A program made the position numbers and the translations under genes. Below the pieces are notes generated by a model that was not told where the DNA came from, ran no database searches, and saw nothing but the letters and a program-made list of their open reading frames with translations. Shown piece after piece: positions 25,089-39,026 of a stretch of DNA of 64,000 nt. The first letter of the stretch is position 1. Every line of letters starts with the position of its first letter. The stretch covers positions 293,179 to 357,178 of the forward strand of contig MU619250.1 of the NCBI GenBank assembly GCA_025201805.1, in the 5' to 3' direction. Source of the stretch: Parasitella parasitica NRRL 2501. Lineage: Eukaryota > Fungi > Mucoromycota.

Positions 25089-27322
25089 TCAGCGTTTTTT
25101 ATTGCCACCTAATGCAACGCTTTTAGGTATATAGAAGCTCTGAAAGAAGCTGACTATGGATAGCAACCCAATGATATAGTAAATTAAATGTCTGTCAAAC
25201 GGAAACTGGTTTCCATCCTTGATTGATTTTGACCAGAGATAGCCCCCAAAGCTTGGCCCTACATTAAACATAAAACATTAGACATTTTGCTTCATTTTAG
25301 CAAGAATGTGAATGCGTGTATTACCCAATGCTCGCACAAGAGACAGACATGATTGGCAAATTCTAAAAGCGAAAAAGTTTTGAGTCGTCCAGCAAAATAG
25401 TCCAACGTCGCAGCCTGCACTTACCCATTCACTGTGCCCAAAATTTCTGGAGCAGCAGATGTGCTCACCTGTTACATGGTAAAAAAAAAATGGATGAGAC
25501 GATGGCCATATTGCACACACACACACACCCCAACACAATGCACTTACCATAATACCCATTCCTGTATATGCTGAACAAACACCTCCATATCGAATCAACA
25601 TTAAAAGCAAATATCCGAGCCTGAATGTCCAGTCTGAACTTGGGTCACCACCCGGATGATTGGAAGCAACCCATGCTCTCAATGTAGACAGCTCAGGGAA
25701 CAAAAAGTAGACTGGCAAAAATAAGAGAAAAGCAAACCTGCACAGATCCAATATCGAGTAATGTCTGGTTAATCTGGGATAGACGCCAAACTGGAAAATA
25801 AGCTGAATAACACCAAAGAATGACAGTGTCTTTGCGAAATCAGTTCTTGTGATACCGAGTCCACCAGCGTTGACAGGAGCCGTGAAATACAGTGGCAATA
25901 CTTCCTCAAACACCATGGCATGGAAGCCAAATATACTATGTGTGTATAAACAAATGAGATTATGGACATTTCACAGCGACTTTACTTACGAATACGCAAT
26001 GATGACAGCAAAGGAGGTTCTAGTAACAAGACGCATGGATCCGCTCTTTGGTATCATCCTCTTTGCTGTTGCTTCATCCATAGTATTGTTGTTGTTGTTG
26101 TTGTTGTTGCCTGTCAAGAGAGCCGTACGCTCGTTTGGCTCGTTTTCAGCGTCCCATCGCTTGTTGGCTAGCACAGTAGGGTTGGATTCCTTCAAGTAGA
26201 AATAACCAACGACAAAACCAATCATGGAGCCACAAGCAGAGACAAAGCAGGGCAAAAAGTAGGGATAATATGTAAAGAAGGCTGAGCCGCCAAAGATGTC
26301 AGGGAACTGTTCAGCCGGTCTTGCAAGATAGCCACCGAGAACTGGCCCAGCTTTTGTAGAGAGAAGAAGGTTAATTAGGCAGCTCTACATCCCCCCCCAA
26401 ACGAAACACTCACCGATCATGCCTGTGCCCCAACAGAAGCCAAAGATTGAGAACGCTTTTGCTTTATTTGTATTGTCAGTGATCTCACTGACCATACTGC
26501 GTGCAACACCTGAATTGCCATTCATGATGCCACACAATGCTCTTGACGCAATGGCCCACCAGAGAGTCTTGCTTAGACCAAACAAGCAGGAAGAAACTGA
26601 ATTTCCAACCAACCCTACCAGCAGGACAGGCCGTCTGCCGTATCGATCTGATATTCTACCCCACATAATCGCAGTGCAGAACTGCGCAACAAAGAACACG
26701 GATGCTGCGGAATGCATGTTAATAGTTATGCCAATGCGTAATGTGATCCGAACTTACTAATCCATCCTGCGTAAGCGCCAATTTCCTTTTCATCATCAGA
26801 CAGGTGAAAGTCCTTGATCTACAATATACAAGCAATTAGGGCTCCATGCGTTTCCTCTCCCCTGTGCTTTAAAAGAGTGAGCTTTGTACTTACCATAAAG
26901 TAGATGAATGGGAACAAGATGGTCGATGTCAGCGGCTCGCTGAAGAGCAAGATGGAAATCACTAGCATTTGTACTTTTGGTAGGGGCGTGATCTGCTCGT
27001 TATCAGCGCCGTCGATAGAGCTTTGATCAGATGAGTTGTCGTCGTTCAGCAGATGGTCCCCGTCGGCACCAGGATGCTTGAGCGACGACGCATTGGTGTG
27101 ATGAGACCCTCTTCGTGTGTCCATAATCTTTGGGATGGCAATGATTGGAGTTGTGTGACCCGTCGAATTAAAATTGCTCAAATTAGAGTTGATTGACTGA
27201 TTATTGCCATGCGGATAAAAGTGATTGTATGCAGCGCTGTTGTGAGCATCGTCCTCTGGCTCGTACAGATAACTGGAGATGCTGTCTGTGTAGCTCTTGG
27301 AGAGTGTGTCCTGAGGATCCAT
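25089..27322 (-). CDS. MFS transporter (ZIFL/YCR023C-like), multi-exon
   Basis: TPLPKVQMLVISILLFSEP; motif A WGRISDRYGRRPVLLVG; GIMNGNSGVARSMVSEITD; multiple TM segments. Confidence 0.9.
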
Positions 27323-27601
27323 GACTTGATGTGTACAGAATTAAGAAATGAAAAAGACAAGGAAAGACAAGGAAGAAAAAAACGAAGAAGAAAGAGGGGA
27401 AAAAAAGGAGATCGATGTAGAGCACATTATATACGTACATGTAGGGAACAACAACGAAAACTGTATAGCAAAAAAGAAAAATAACCTCGTTTTGGGGTCA
27501 CATTGAGTCAGAAATAAGCATGCATTCCAAACAACCTCCTCGACGCATTTAACATTAAAATAGAATAATTTATTATATATAGTAGAAAAGCAGCAACTAA
27601 A

Positions 27602-29013
27602 TTAGTAAAAGCTGTAGACCAGCGCCATTGACATGGCAAACAAACCTCCATTTACTGCAGCTGTGGCGGTTGCACCAGACTGCATACTTCCTGACCCATT
27701 GCCGTTGCTGGCTCCACCGCTGCCGCCGCTTCCGCCAGCCTTGTTGGGTGCCGAGGGATTCTGGCCAACAGTAGGCACCATATTAGACTCCTGCATGCTT
27801 GCCGTACAACTCCAGGTATTTCCCTTGACAATGTTCTCTCCCTTGAGCTTGCGTTCAATTTCTGAGCATCCTAATTGTGACGAAGTCGTCTGAAGACGCA
27901 TGCCGCCACGCACATCCTGGAGCACAGGCAGGTTGTAGACGTTGAAGCCGCCTGCCAAGTCGACGGTGCCATGGATCTCAGCCAGCTTGGGGAAGCCGTC
28001 GATGGATGCCAACTGTGTGTTGTTACCAATCGATAAAGCGCCGTCAATGCGCGTCAGGTTCTTGAAGGAGGTCTCTGTCAGCTTGTTGTTGTTGGCAATA
28101 GTCATAGTCCCGCCGATAAACTCGACCCTGTCCAGGTTGAGTACAGTCAATTCATTTTCATGGAAGGACAGGTCGGATTTCACGTTTGCCAATGCAGGCA
28201 TGTCGACTTGAGCCAGATTAAGAAAGGTAGCCATCTTGATGGTAGCCAATTGATTTGCCTATTATTATGGACATTCCAGTTAACTGTGTGAGAAATACCC
28301 TCAAATTCAGCGTTATAAATGACTTACTTCAAATGTCATGAGCTTGTTGTTTCCAAGCAAAAGCATGTCGCCCGTAACTTCCTTGACTGAATTAAAGTCA
28401 AATGACTTCATGTAGTTGTTGCTCAGAAGCGTAAAGGAGTCGAGCGTTTCAGGTCTGAATCCGTCCACCTTGGGAGCGCGCGTGTCTTCAATGCGCATCG
28501 ATTTTACCTTGCTAAGGCCTGCAGGGAAGCTGATTGTTTCGAGAGCAGGTAACACAGCCATGGAAAATGTCGTTGCTTCCGTCAGTTTAGGGAGCTCGAC
28601 CTTGTTTAAAATAGTATGATTTTCAATCTTGATGGTACCATCCACTTTTTGCAATTCAGGGGCGCTGAATTTCTCAAGATCCGCATTGCCATTTAATAGT
28701 AAATCACCGATAAGCTGCTCAACACCCTCCATCTTGAGTTGCGTAGCTGTCATGTGGTCAATGTCAATCGTGCCCTTGAAGATCTTGCACGTCTTGATGG
28801 TGTCCAGATCCGCTTGGGCCATGACTTTAAAGTTCTTTTCGCACCCTGCCTCCACCTTGACATCGTTGCTCGTCACAGCAGCAGCTATTGATGTCTCTTT
28901 GTTACACGCATGTTTAGTACATTTTCGCTTCACTTCAACTTACATTCCTCAGCAGCGAATGCTCCTGCCCAAAGCGTTGCCAATATAATAGTTGTCAATG
29001 AAAAACGAGCCAT
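27602..29013 (-). CDS. ECM33: ECM33/SPS2-family GPI-anchored cell-surface protein with receptor-L repeats
   Basis: Signal peptide MARFSLTTIILATLWAGAFA; repeats such as LSIGNNTQLASIDGFPKLAEIHGTVDLAG and LQDVRGGMRLQT; Gly/Ser linker and hydrophobic GPI tail. Confidence 0.8.
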
Positions 29014-29341
29014 TATGAATAATGTTTTTTTTTAAACAAGGAAATATGGGCATCAAAATACTTTACTTTTTATACTCTATTGTTGAATGTACATGTTGTC
29101 CGTTTTGAAATGAAAAGAATGATATTTGCTATTGGATCAAATTACAACATTTTACCCACGTGTGTGTTTATGTTTTCTTCTTTATCATCATCATCACAAG
29201 ATGGATCCAGTGCAAAAAGAAAGGGTATTCTACGAAACGCTCTCTGGACGATAATGGCCCACTTTTTGTCTTCTTTTTTTTTCTTTCCTTTCCTTCTGCA
29301 TACAACTCACGTCTATTTCGCAACTAAATAGTGACAATAAC

Positions 29342-29611
29342 ATGGCTGTATTTTTAAACTTGACCTGTGGAAATGAGCAGGACGATTATCAGCATCGTCA
29401 TCATCAAGGCCATCACAGAGAAACAACTTCTACCCATGATTTAGCAGAAATGATACTGTACTCATTTGTTGATGATGCACCTACCGTTGCCGACTTGTTG
29501 TGGTCGAAACAACAACAGAGTCAAGGCGAATTTCTTGCGCTTACGGATGAACAAGAATGGTCTCAATTGCCTGTGGTCGATTATTCAACTCACGAGCCTT
29601 GTTTTCCTTAA
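29342..29611 (+). CDS. Small hypothetical protein (89 aa, His-rich patch)
   Basis: Intact ATG-stop ORF with protein-like composition in an intergenic region; no recognised domain. Confidence 0.3.
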   Translation: MAVFLNLTCGNEQDDYQHRHHQGHHRETTSTHDLAEMILYSFVDDAPTVADLLWSKQQQSQGEFLALTDEQEWSQLPVVDYSTHEPCFP

Positions 29612-30262
29612 CTCTTTTTACAGCCATGACAATTTTTGTGAAGGCTAGTTTGGCTATTCTTTACAAAGTCTTGGTCAAATTACAGTAATTACCGGACAAT
29701 TTAGATATGTTTCATCTCTGAAGCCCTTGACAAACTAGTAAACTTTCGCAAATAAATAAATAAAAAAAACCCCCCTCCCCCATCATTCTTATTGTGCCTT
29801 TCATTTTTGGATATGATAGCTGAAGCGTTTAGGAGCGTCAGATGGTATAGTTTTTTAAGAAATTGCTTTGCTTTTGTCTTTCTGAGCTCGCTTTTCTTGC
29901 TTCTGCTGCCTTTATCACTGAATATCTCGAAATTTCTTTTAGCTTGTTTCAGAAGATATCCAGTACTTGTACTTGTTTAAAATCATCGTATTCCGGAACA
30001 TTTCATACATTCACCATTTTCACCATTTTCAGGGCATTTATAACGAGGGGATGATACCCACATTTGTACAATCCGCAATTCTCTATGGCCATCTTACCCG
30101 TTTGACATGGTTAAACACAGTCAAATCGTGGTATATGGTATGAACGACACGCTTTCTTTAAATAGCACGTTTATATAATGGCAATGTGACAATAACGTTT
30201 GCTTTATTTATTTGAGATGTGAGGATGGAGGCAGCCCTTTTTTTTTTCTTTTTTTTTTTCTT

Positions 30263-32183
30263 TTACAATGCTCCAAGTACATCTATAAACTTATCATTTC
30301 TTCTGTGGTTGGAGGCTGCGTTGAAGCTCTGATTGCCATTCTGGATCCCGTGTCTAAATCTATTTTGACTTTTGTTGTTCTTTAATTTGATCTTGATGGG
30401 AATTTGGAATACAGCAGCAGCAGCAGCAGCGGAAAAACTGTCATTCAGTGGAGGGTCAGTTTTGCTGTTGCACATATCCACGAAATTCATGTCAGTCTCT
30501 TCCAGCAGCTTGGCCGCACGCTCAAACTCAAATTGGATCCGATTCAGCCCTAGTTCACTGCATGATTGCCTATGTAGATGTTGAGAATGTTACGGAATAT
30601 TGATTGTTCACCGTTCCAAGATCCTTACGCGACATTTTTATTCTGAATGAATGGGTCCTGAACGACCATACTCTTTTTGAACCATTTGCGAGGGGGGTTT
30701 GGAACTTTGTTGGGAGCGTGACGAATCGACATGTGTGTGGTAAGGTTTTCTAGTTTGGAGGCCCATTTAAAAAAGGCAAGCATAACCTCACCTAGGTTGT
30801 CATGACAATATCCATCCCATTGGGTTTTGGCAAATCCTCGCTGCGCCGGTTCTTTGGGCATTTGATACTCGGATTCAGACACAACCTCGACACAATCGTG
30901 GTAACGGACTTGCTGATTTTCTACATAGTACCTCGTTTTGCCAAACTTGCAATTTTTTCCATCACACACGTCAGAAGCACCCCTAAGCTCGTGCAGGTTG
31001 GGGATTATGGGGCAGCCGTAGTTGTGATTCATCAGATAGTATATCCCAAGAAGACAGTATGCATAGCTTGACAGGGTTCCACCTTGATCTATGATTTTGT
31101 AGAAATCCAACTGATTAAAATTCGTACAAGAAAGGGAGCTACGGAAATGACAACTCACTGTCATTGATGTCTCTCTTTTTCACAAAGTACTTTAATGCGT
31201 ATAGGAAAGGGCCCACACGTTTGTCCAGCTTTCTGTAATCGTCGATCAACTGGCTGTTTTCCATGCCCAAAGAGCTAGACGCATTGATGTCGCAGTGGAG
31301 ATTCGTCTCAGGGTCAGTGAATTTGCAGATGGGGACGCTTGCGTTTTGAATGGCAACAATGTCTATCATCCCAATTCTTTGCAACTCGTCTGCTAATGTG
31401 TGCATATTAAATACGCTGTTCTGCAGCCGTCGAAGGTTCTTCATATTTTCCCGACCAGTATTGACGACTTGAGGAACGACAATAGCTAAATCCAAATCGC
31501 TGTCATCAGACGCCAAATGAGTTCTTGTAGACCTTTTTTTTTTGTTATGCGGTTATTTTAAAGTTGGTATCCATGCAGCCATTAAATGTGCTTTACCCGA
31601 AATAATTCACTCTGAAGGACAAGTTAGGCCACGCATCCCGAATCATTGCATTGATTTTGTTGATAACTGTGTTTCTGTCTCTCACCGTCTTTGGGGTCAT
31701 TGCATTGTCCTATTTGTTTCAAATTAGTGCCGATTTTGCACAGACATATTAGGGCACCACTCTAAATGTAACCTGATAAAACTTGAATAATTCGCTCTCC
31801 AACCGCAGACTGGCAGCCTTTTTGGCTTTGTGCTCATGCGAATCAAACTTGTTGTGGTCAATCAGGAGAAACAAAGGGTCTGTAAAGCGGTATTCGTTGC
31901 ATTCGTGCCCGTCAAAGCCATTGCGGTAGTAATCCTCTGCTTCCACCAGGACAAAACAGCACGCAAAACGTCCGTAGAACGCGTTGAAGACGTACTCTGT
32001 TTCAAGACAGTAGTACATAAAGTAGCTAAAGCCACAAGCTCTCTCTATTTCATCAAATTCGTCTGGATTTTCAAATCGCATGTCGTTTTCAAAGTCAAGC
32101 AGACGGACACATCGGTCTGGATTCCACTTTGCCTGCTGGTATAAATCTTGTAAAATATTTAGGCAAAAGTTTAATGGAAGCAT
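30263..32183 (-). CDS. Cid1/TENT-family non-canonical poly(A)/poly(U) RNA polymerase, multi-exon
   Basis: Spliced FGSTRTHLASDDSDLDL catalytic motif, VPICKF, CDIN (third Asp), GTLSSYAY, PAP-associated VQDPFIQNKNVA. Confidence 0.85.
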
Positions 32184-32765
32184 CGTTTTCGTTTGGATCT
32201 TCTTGTGCTGTGTGAAATAAATTAATAGAGAGATAAGGCGAACTGCGTTATTACGGAAAAAGCACTGTTAGATTCAAGGTTTGAAACCCAATCAAGTAAC
32301 ACTCTATTTGTATCCAGCCTTTGACCTGAAATGATGCCATTTTAGCATAAAGGGTCGTATGAAATTCAACAATCGCAGTTTCTTTGATAAATGAAATGAA
32401 AAATTCGCATCTTGTTGTACACAATGAAATAGCCGAAAAGCGTTAATAAACAAAGCTGTATTCTGTTTGCTTTTGAGAATATGTGGATATGGCCAGAACG
32501 TTTAGGGTCAACTCGACTTACTAGAAGACAAGAGGCCAAAATTGGCTTTAGTGTTGTACATTTCTGCGATGAGGGGGGGGGGTGGATCTTTTTTTTTTCA
32601 AGAGATCCCAGTATTTACTCAAGTGTTGAATGCCATGGACCTTACATGTCTATGATTCCTGTCAAATGTCAACATGATGGTATTCCCAACGTCACGCGTT
32701 TTCAAGTTACGCTGAAATGGTAAAAAACATCCCAAACTGCTTCTTGCTTTTGCTTTATCTTCTAC

Positions 32766-34962
32766 ATGTCTACTACCATCATCGATTTGAAAACTCAAAA
32801 ATATGACCGTCAGCTTAGGTAGGTTTTATGTAGCCTGATTTGTGCGCTCTCATCTGATATCGAGTGCTTTAAACAGACTTTGGGCAGCAACAGGTCAACA
32901 TGCTTTGGAGCACGCCCATATCTGTTTACTAAATGCAAGCTCTACTGGTTGCGAAATCATTAAAAATCTCGTTCTTCCTGGTAAGATGAGCTATTACTAA
33001 TGAACTCTGAGCTTTTGTTGTTGTTTTCTTTTTATTTTTTAATCTTCTTTTGCGATCATAGGTGTCGGCAATGTGACAATCGTAGATGGCGACAAAACTG
33101 CATCAAAGGACATACGCAGCAATTTCTTTTTGGATTCCGAAAGCATTGGACAATCCAAAGCCAAAGCCGCATCGGATTTGATCCAGGAATTAAATGAGGA
33201 TGCCAATGTGAGATACGAGGAAAAGGTATGGGCGCTATGAAGCTAGAGAGCTTTGAGCAAGGATTGATATTTCTTTTTTGTCAATGTCTCTAGGATTCCA
33301 ACGAATTGATCGAGAGCCAACCGGAATTCTTTGAGCCTTTTACAATGATCATTGCAGTCAATTTACCAGAGAGTGACTTGATGAAACTGTCTACCTTATG
33401 TGCTGAATCAGGAAAGAGCTTGATAGCAGTAAAAAACAAGGGCCTTGTAGGCATGTTCACTATGCAAGCTCCAGAACACACAGGTACGTCGCTTGAGTCG
33501 AGCACCACATTTTTGCAAGTGCCTGATTTTGTGGGTTAGTCATCGAAGCGCACCCTGAAAACGCTCTTGACCTCCGCTTGTCATGCCCCTTCCAGCAACT
33601 GACCGACTACGTATCGACATTTGATCTGGATAAACTGGACCAAACCGACCACAGTCATGTTCCGTTCATTGTGGTTATATTAATATATGTGGAAGCATGG
33701 AAAGCAGAACATGACGGTCAAGCGCCACAGACCTACCAACAACGACAGGAATTCCTCGAGAAATTAAGGGCGGCCATGCGAACACCGGACGAAGAGAATT
33801 TCGAAGAAGCCATTGCAAATGTCTGGAGACTTTCACCATCGAACCCTGTAAGCATATTGAAACCACTTGTCTCGCCGGAAAATGATCCACTGATGAATCT
33901 TTGACAGATTTCATCCGAGGTCCGTCAAATATTTGAGGACCCGTCTTGTCAGAGCGCACATGGCAACGTAAGTCTTTCCGCTGCTTTTTTGTAGGCGCAT
34001 AAACTAAAACGATCAACCTTAAAAAAAGTCACCCTATTTTTGGATATTGACCCGGGCAGTGCGGGAATTCGTTGAGAATGAAGGCGGGGGACAGCTTCCG
34101 TTGTCTGGTAAATTGCCCGACTTGAAGTCAGATACTTGCAACTACATCAATCTGCAAAACGTGTAAGCAATCCTTTTGAATTTTTGCACATGTGTAAATA
34201 ATCCATGTAATCTTAGTTACCGCGAAAAGGCTTTGTCTGATTTAAATGCAATCAAAAAAAGAGTCAAGGCTTTGACTGAAGGCTCCGACACTCAAATCCC
34301 TGAGGAGACAGTTGAGCTCTTTTGTAAAAATGCAGCTCATATTAGAGTGATTCAGTACAAGCCCATGACAGAGAACCACATACAGCCTGATAAATTAGGT
34401 ACGAAGCGCTCTTATCAGACCCAAGCCGTACTAAATCATATGTAAACTCAGTCAACTTGATTAAGAATGAGGAAAACTTTTGCTATTGTTTCGTATACAA
34501 AGCAGCTGACAAATTCCAATCGGAATATGGCAGACCACCAGGTATGAATACGCCGAAAAAAACGCTCCAAATGAAACCAATGGGCTGACATTTTATACTG
34601 AAGCTTCTGATGCTGATTTTGACAAATTGAAGCACCAGGTACAATCACTGATGGTAAGCATGGGTATCACGCCCACAGATGCAGAAGATCTTTTGTCAAT
34701 CGATACTTTGGATAAAGTAATTACAAATTAGTAAGTTCACGCCCTGCTTGAAACCCCCCCCCCCTTCCCGCCTCCCTTCCAGATTAACATTGCAATTGGT
34801 AGCTTGCGATTCGGCGATTTAGAAACTGCCAACATGGCAGCTCTCGTGGGTGGGCTAGCGGCTCAAGAAGCGATCAAGCTGATAACTCGTCAATACATTC
34901 CACTCAACAATACCTGCGTTTTCAATGGAATTACATCTACCAGCAGTGTGTTTGAACTATAA
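32766..34962 (+). CDS. ULA1: NEDD8-activating enzyme E1 regulatory subunit (NAE1/APP-BP1), multi-exon
   Basis: [86 protein letters not shown]. Confidence 0.93.
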
Positions 34963-35235
34963 CAGGAAGAAAAAGAGAGAATAAATTTTTACAGTTTATA
35001 AAAGAGGAAGAGCAATAAGAAAAAAAAAAGAAACAAATGCTATAATGAAATCACCTACAACAACTACAAAAAAAAGAAAACAAAAAAAAGGGTGTCTACT
35101 AATAGAATTAAAAAAGAGGAATGAAATACAAAAATACACTTAGAGATGACACTCTAACGTAAAACCCTCTTTTTCTTTTTTTTTTTTTTCCAGTTATTTC
35201 TGATGCGTGCTGTGTAAAGTTAAAATCTGTGGGTG

Positions 35236-36943
35236 TTAAACAATGGCGGTCTCCATGCGAGCAGCAACACAAGCAGTAAGAGCAGCACCAACACCACTGC
35301 CATCTCTGGCAAGACCAAGACGAATAGTCTTGCGAATGTCAGCAATCTCGGGCATCATTTCAGTGAGAGCTTCGTACATTCGAAGTTCAAAAGAGGGATA
35401 GAATTCATAAAGAGAGCCGTCAATACCAATATCGCAGCCATCAGCTTCAATACCACAGTGCTTGACAATGGCGGCAATGGAAGTGGCAGCCAGACGTGCA
35501 GCACGCTTACCGACAAGCTCGCAAATCTTCTTGATAAAACGAGCTTCAGTGGTAGTGACATCGTGCAAATTGAGGTTGGTATCCAAGATTTCCTTTGTGT
35601 TTGCAAAGTCGGCAGAGTTGTCAGACTCGATATTTGACATAAAGGCAGTTTCGAAAGACCAGTGTCTGGAAATCTCCTTGGACCATGCAAGCGAAGTGTT
35701 CTCATCACGCTTGAGCAAGAGCTCACGGTCAATCATATCAGTCAGTACATTGCGAGTGATCTCACCGAGATACATGCCAGAAATCATCTTTTCATAGAGC
35801 TGAGCATGAGGATTGATAGATTCACGGTCCAGCTTGTTATCGAAACGAGTCAAGGGAAGCATTTTGCGTTCATTATCAAAGGCGCCGAATTCCATGTTGA
35901 TAATCATTTCGTCAGCAGTGGCCTTGGAGCCCTTCCACTTGGAGATCTTGTCAAACTTTTCAATGTAAGCGCCGTTGGCACCAGTGCCCAAGATGAGACC
36001 AGCCAATGTCGAAGGCTTATTGTATGCATTTGACAAGAGGGTGCCTACAGTATCGTTGACAAGAGCAGAGACCTTGACGGGAACATGCTTTCTCAACAGA
36101 GCGTCTTGCAACAACAAGACGGGATCCTTGCCCACAGCACCGGTACAGGCAAAACCCTTGGTCCAAGTAGTTAGGACGCCACGATTGATCTGATATTGAT
36201 AAGAGATGCTGTCAAATTAAAAGTCATCGTATTTCCTTTTTCAGCCAACTTACTCGAGACTGAAGGACAGGGAAGGAGAATGTATAACCCAAGTTGAGCT
36301 CGACTTCTTGGTCCTCGAGGCCTTGCTCTGTCAAGAAGGTATCGACGCACTCGGCAATATAATCTATCAATATCAAAGGGAAAAAAAATAATAATAATAA
36401 TAAAAAAAGCCATGTTAATTCGGAGTTCTCCAAGGTTTCATTTTGATGATAATATAGTGTGATTGTTGGTTTTGGGGGGGGGGGGGAAGTCAATGGAAAA
36501 TTAACGTACCACACAAGTTACGCATAGGACCAGTCTTCAACTCTTCGGATACTCTGGATTTAGACGATACTGTCTTGTATTTGCCTTGACCCTCCAGCGT
36601 AACAAGGACAACTCTCAGGTTGGTTCCGCCCAGATCAAGAGCAAGGAAATGTCCCTCCTCCTTGCCTAACAAAAAACAGCACACTTTTTAATGGACAATG
36701 CCGCCCAAAGTCCAATTGAAACTAACCTGTCAAACGGCCTTCAACATAGGAAGGAATCATGGCAACGGTAGCACCCTCCTTCTGGAGACCCTTATCCATC
36801 TCTGTTATAAAGTGATCGCGAATTTGGTTGAGGTAGGCGGAATTAACAGTGAATTGATCAATGATATCGCGCATGTAGGCTTCTTGCTCGGGTGTCCCGC
36901 CGAGCTCCGTAACTTCGTGAGCTTGAGGTGCTTTTGTAGACAT
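35236..36943 (-). CDS. HXK: Hexokinase, multi-exon
   Basis: MIPSYV, FLALDLGGTNLRV, LGYTFSFP, WTKGF, LVNDTVGTL, ILGTGANGAY, INMEFGAFD, EKMISGMYLGE, DGSGVGAAL. Confidence 0.95.
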
Positions 36944-37785
36944 TTTTACCAGGTAATTTTTTATATTCGCGNNNNNNNNNNNNNNNNNNNNNNNNNNNNN
37001 NNNNNNNNNNNNNNNNNNNNNNNNNNNNNNNNNNNNNNNNNNNNNNNATGTCAATCAAATTGAATGCCAAGCGATGAAAAATTGGCGAATGTTGTTTGAG
37101 ACACAATGATTTACCGCATGATATGGTATCAGTTGTGCCGTGTACTGATTATCCATATTATCCATTATATATGATTACGAAAGAAACACACTTGTACTAC
37201 AGCTTCCTGAAGCCATGATAGGAGGAAGAGAAGCCACTTTTTAATGCGCCTCAAATGCTGGCCCCCCAAATAAATATGGACCTAAATCCTTGATCACCCA
37301 GATCTCTCATATAAACGTTTGTATTAAAACCAAGCTGAATACATGTTTTTTTTTGGTGGAGGATACATGGTAGCCCGGGCCTTTTTCGTATTGATTGTGC
37401 AGGCGAAAGTTCATTTCGTATGATTTTGGCCGTAGCCTGCATATATTAATATTTTTGTGTCCAAAAAAAAAGCATCGAGATACCCCGTATCTATCGGTTT
37501 TACTTGAAGAGCTAGAGCATTATATACTATATGGCTGAAAGACTCTGCATTCTAATGTTTCATTCAGCACATATGATGTAGGCCGCCAGTAACTCTATTC
37601 AATGAAACGATACTATTAATATCGACCACCTTCACAAACAGCCCAATCAACAAATGGGTTGAATTTTCTTTTTTTTTTTTTTTATTAAAGAAATATATAC
37701 ATGTCAAGTAAAGCCAAATAATTCAGCTTGAATTATATTAGTCTTTTAAAAAGGAAAAAAATATAACGCAGTTTAGTAATTAAAT

Positions 37786-39026
37786 TCAGAGGTAGTTGAT
37801 GACAGATTCAGCAGGAACTTCAGCGTTAGGAAGGCCATTGGGATTCTTTTCCTGCCACTGCCATAGAGAAGCGCAGGCTTCTTCTAATGATTTCTCTGCC
37901 TTCCAGTTGAGCTCCTTGTTAGCCTTGGTAGGGTCAGCAGTTAGATCAGGAACATCACCAGCACGGCGCCCGGCAATCGTGTAAGGCAGATCTCTTCCAA
38001 CAGCAGCTATAAAAGCTTTGACCATTTCCAAGACTGTAGAGCCGACACCAGTTCCCAAATTATACTCCACACAGCCAGGATTAGTCTCGAGCTTCTTCAG
38101 AGCGGCCAGATGCCCTGTAGCCAAATCAACCACATGAATGTAATCTCTATATTGGAGGATTAAATCCACTATCCCATCCTATTTCACAGCCATAAACTTT
38201 ACCTGATACATGTACCATCACGAGTGGGATAATCACTGCCAAAGACAGACAAGTGATCAAGCTTACCGACAGCGACCTGAGCAAAGTAAGGCATCAAATT
38301 ATTAGGAACACCAGTAGGATTCTCGCCCAAATCACCAGAGGGATGTGCACCTGCAGGGTTGAAGTAACGAAGAAGAGCGGCATTCCAGCCCTCTTCAGCG
38401 GTGCAGAGGTCGCGAATGATGTGTTCAACAAAGAGTTTGGTGCGGCCGTAAGGGCTTTTGGCGTCCTAAAAAAAGAAACAAGGTCAGCTTTATATTTAGA
38501 GGATCAAGCATCTTACTAAAGCAGCTTACTGTAGGGCTGGTTTCAGGGATGGGAATAACGGGGGGTTCACCGTAAACAGTTGCAGAAGACGAAAATACAA
38601 TGTTCTTGATATTTGCTTCTTTCATAGCTTGCAGCAAGACGATAGTGCCAGTGATATTATTGTAGTAATAATCGAGGGGGATTCTGGTGGATTCGCCAAC
38701 TGCCTTGAGGCCGGCAAAGTGGATGACAGATCCGATGGAATGACGCCTAAAGACTTCCAAAAGTGCCTTCTTGTCGAGAATGTCAGCCTTGTAGAAATGA
38801 GGCCTCTTCTTGGCAATCAACTCGATGCGATTAACAGCTTCATAAGAGGCATTGCAAAGATTATCGTAAATAACCACCTCTTTGCCAGCATTCAATAATT
38901 CGATAACGGTATGAGAACCTAAAAAGCATAAATGATGTTTATTACGATTGCCTTTTTGGATACCGTGAATGAGAATTTACCAATGTAACCAGCACCACCA
39001 GTAACGAGAACAGCTTTTTGACTCAT
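37786..39026 (-). CDS. GAL10: UDP-glucose 4-epimerase, multi-exon, no mutarotase domain
   Basis: [62 protein letters not shown]. Confidence 0.95.

Noticed and set aside
35236-39026. GAL gene cluster
   Set aside because: The neighbour is a hexokinase, not a GHMP galactokinase, and no GAL7 is in the window
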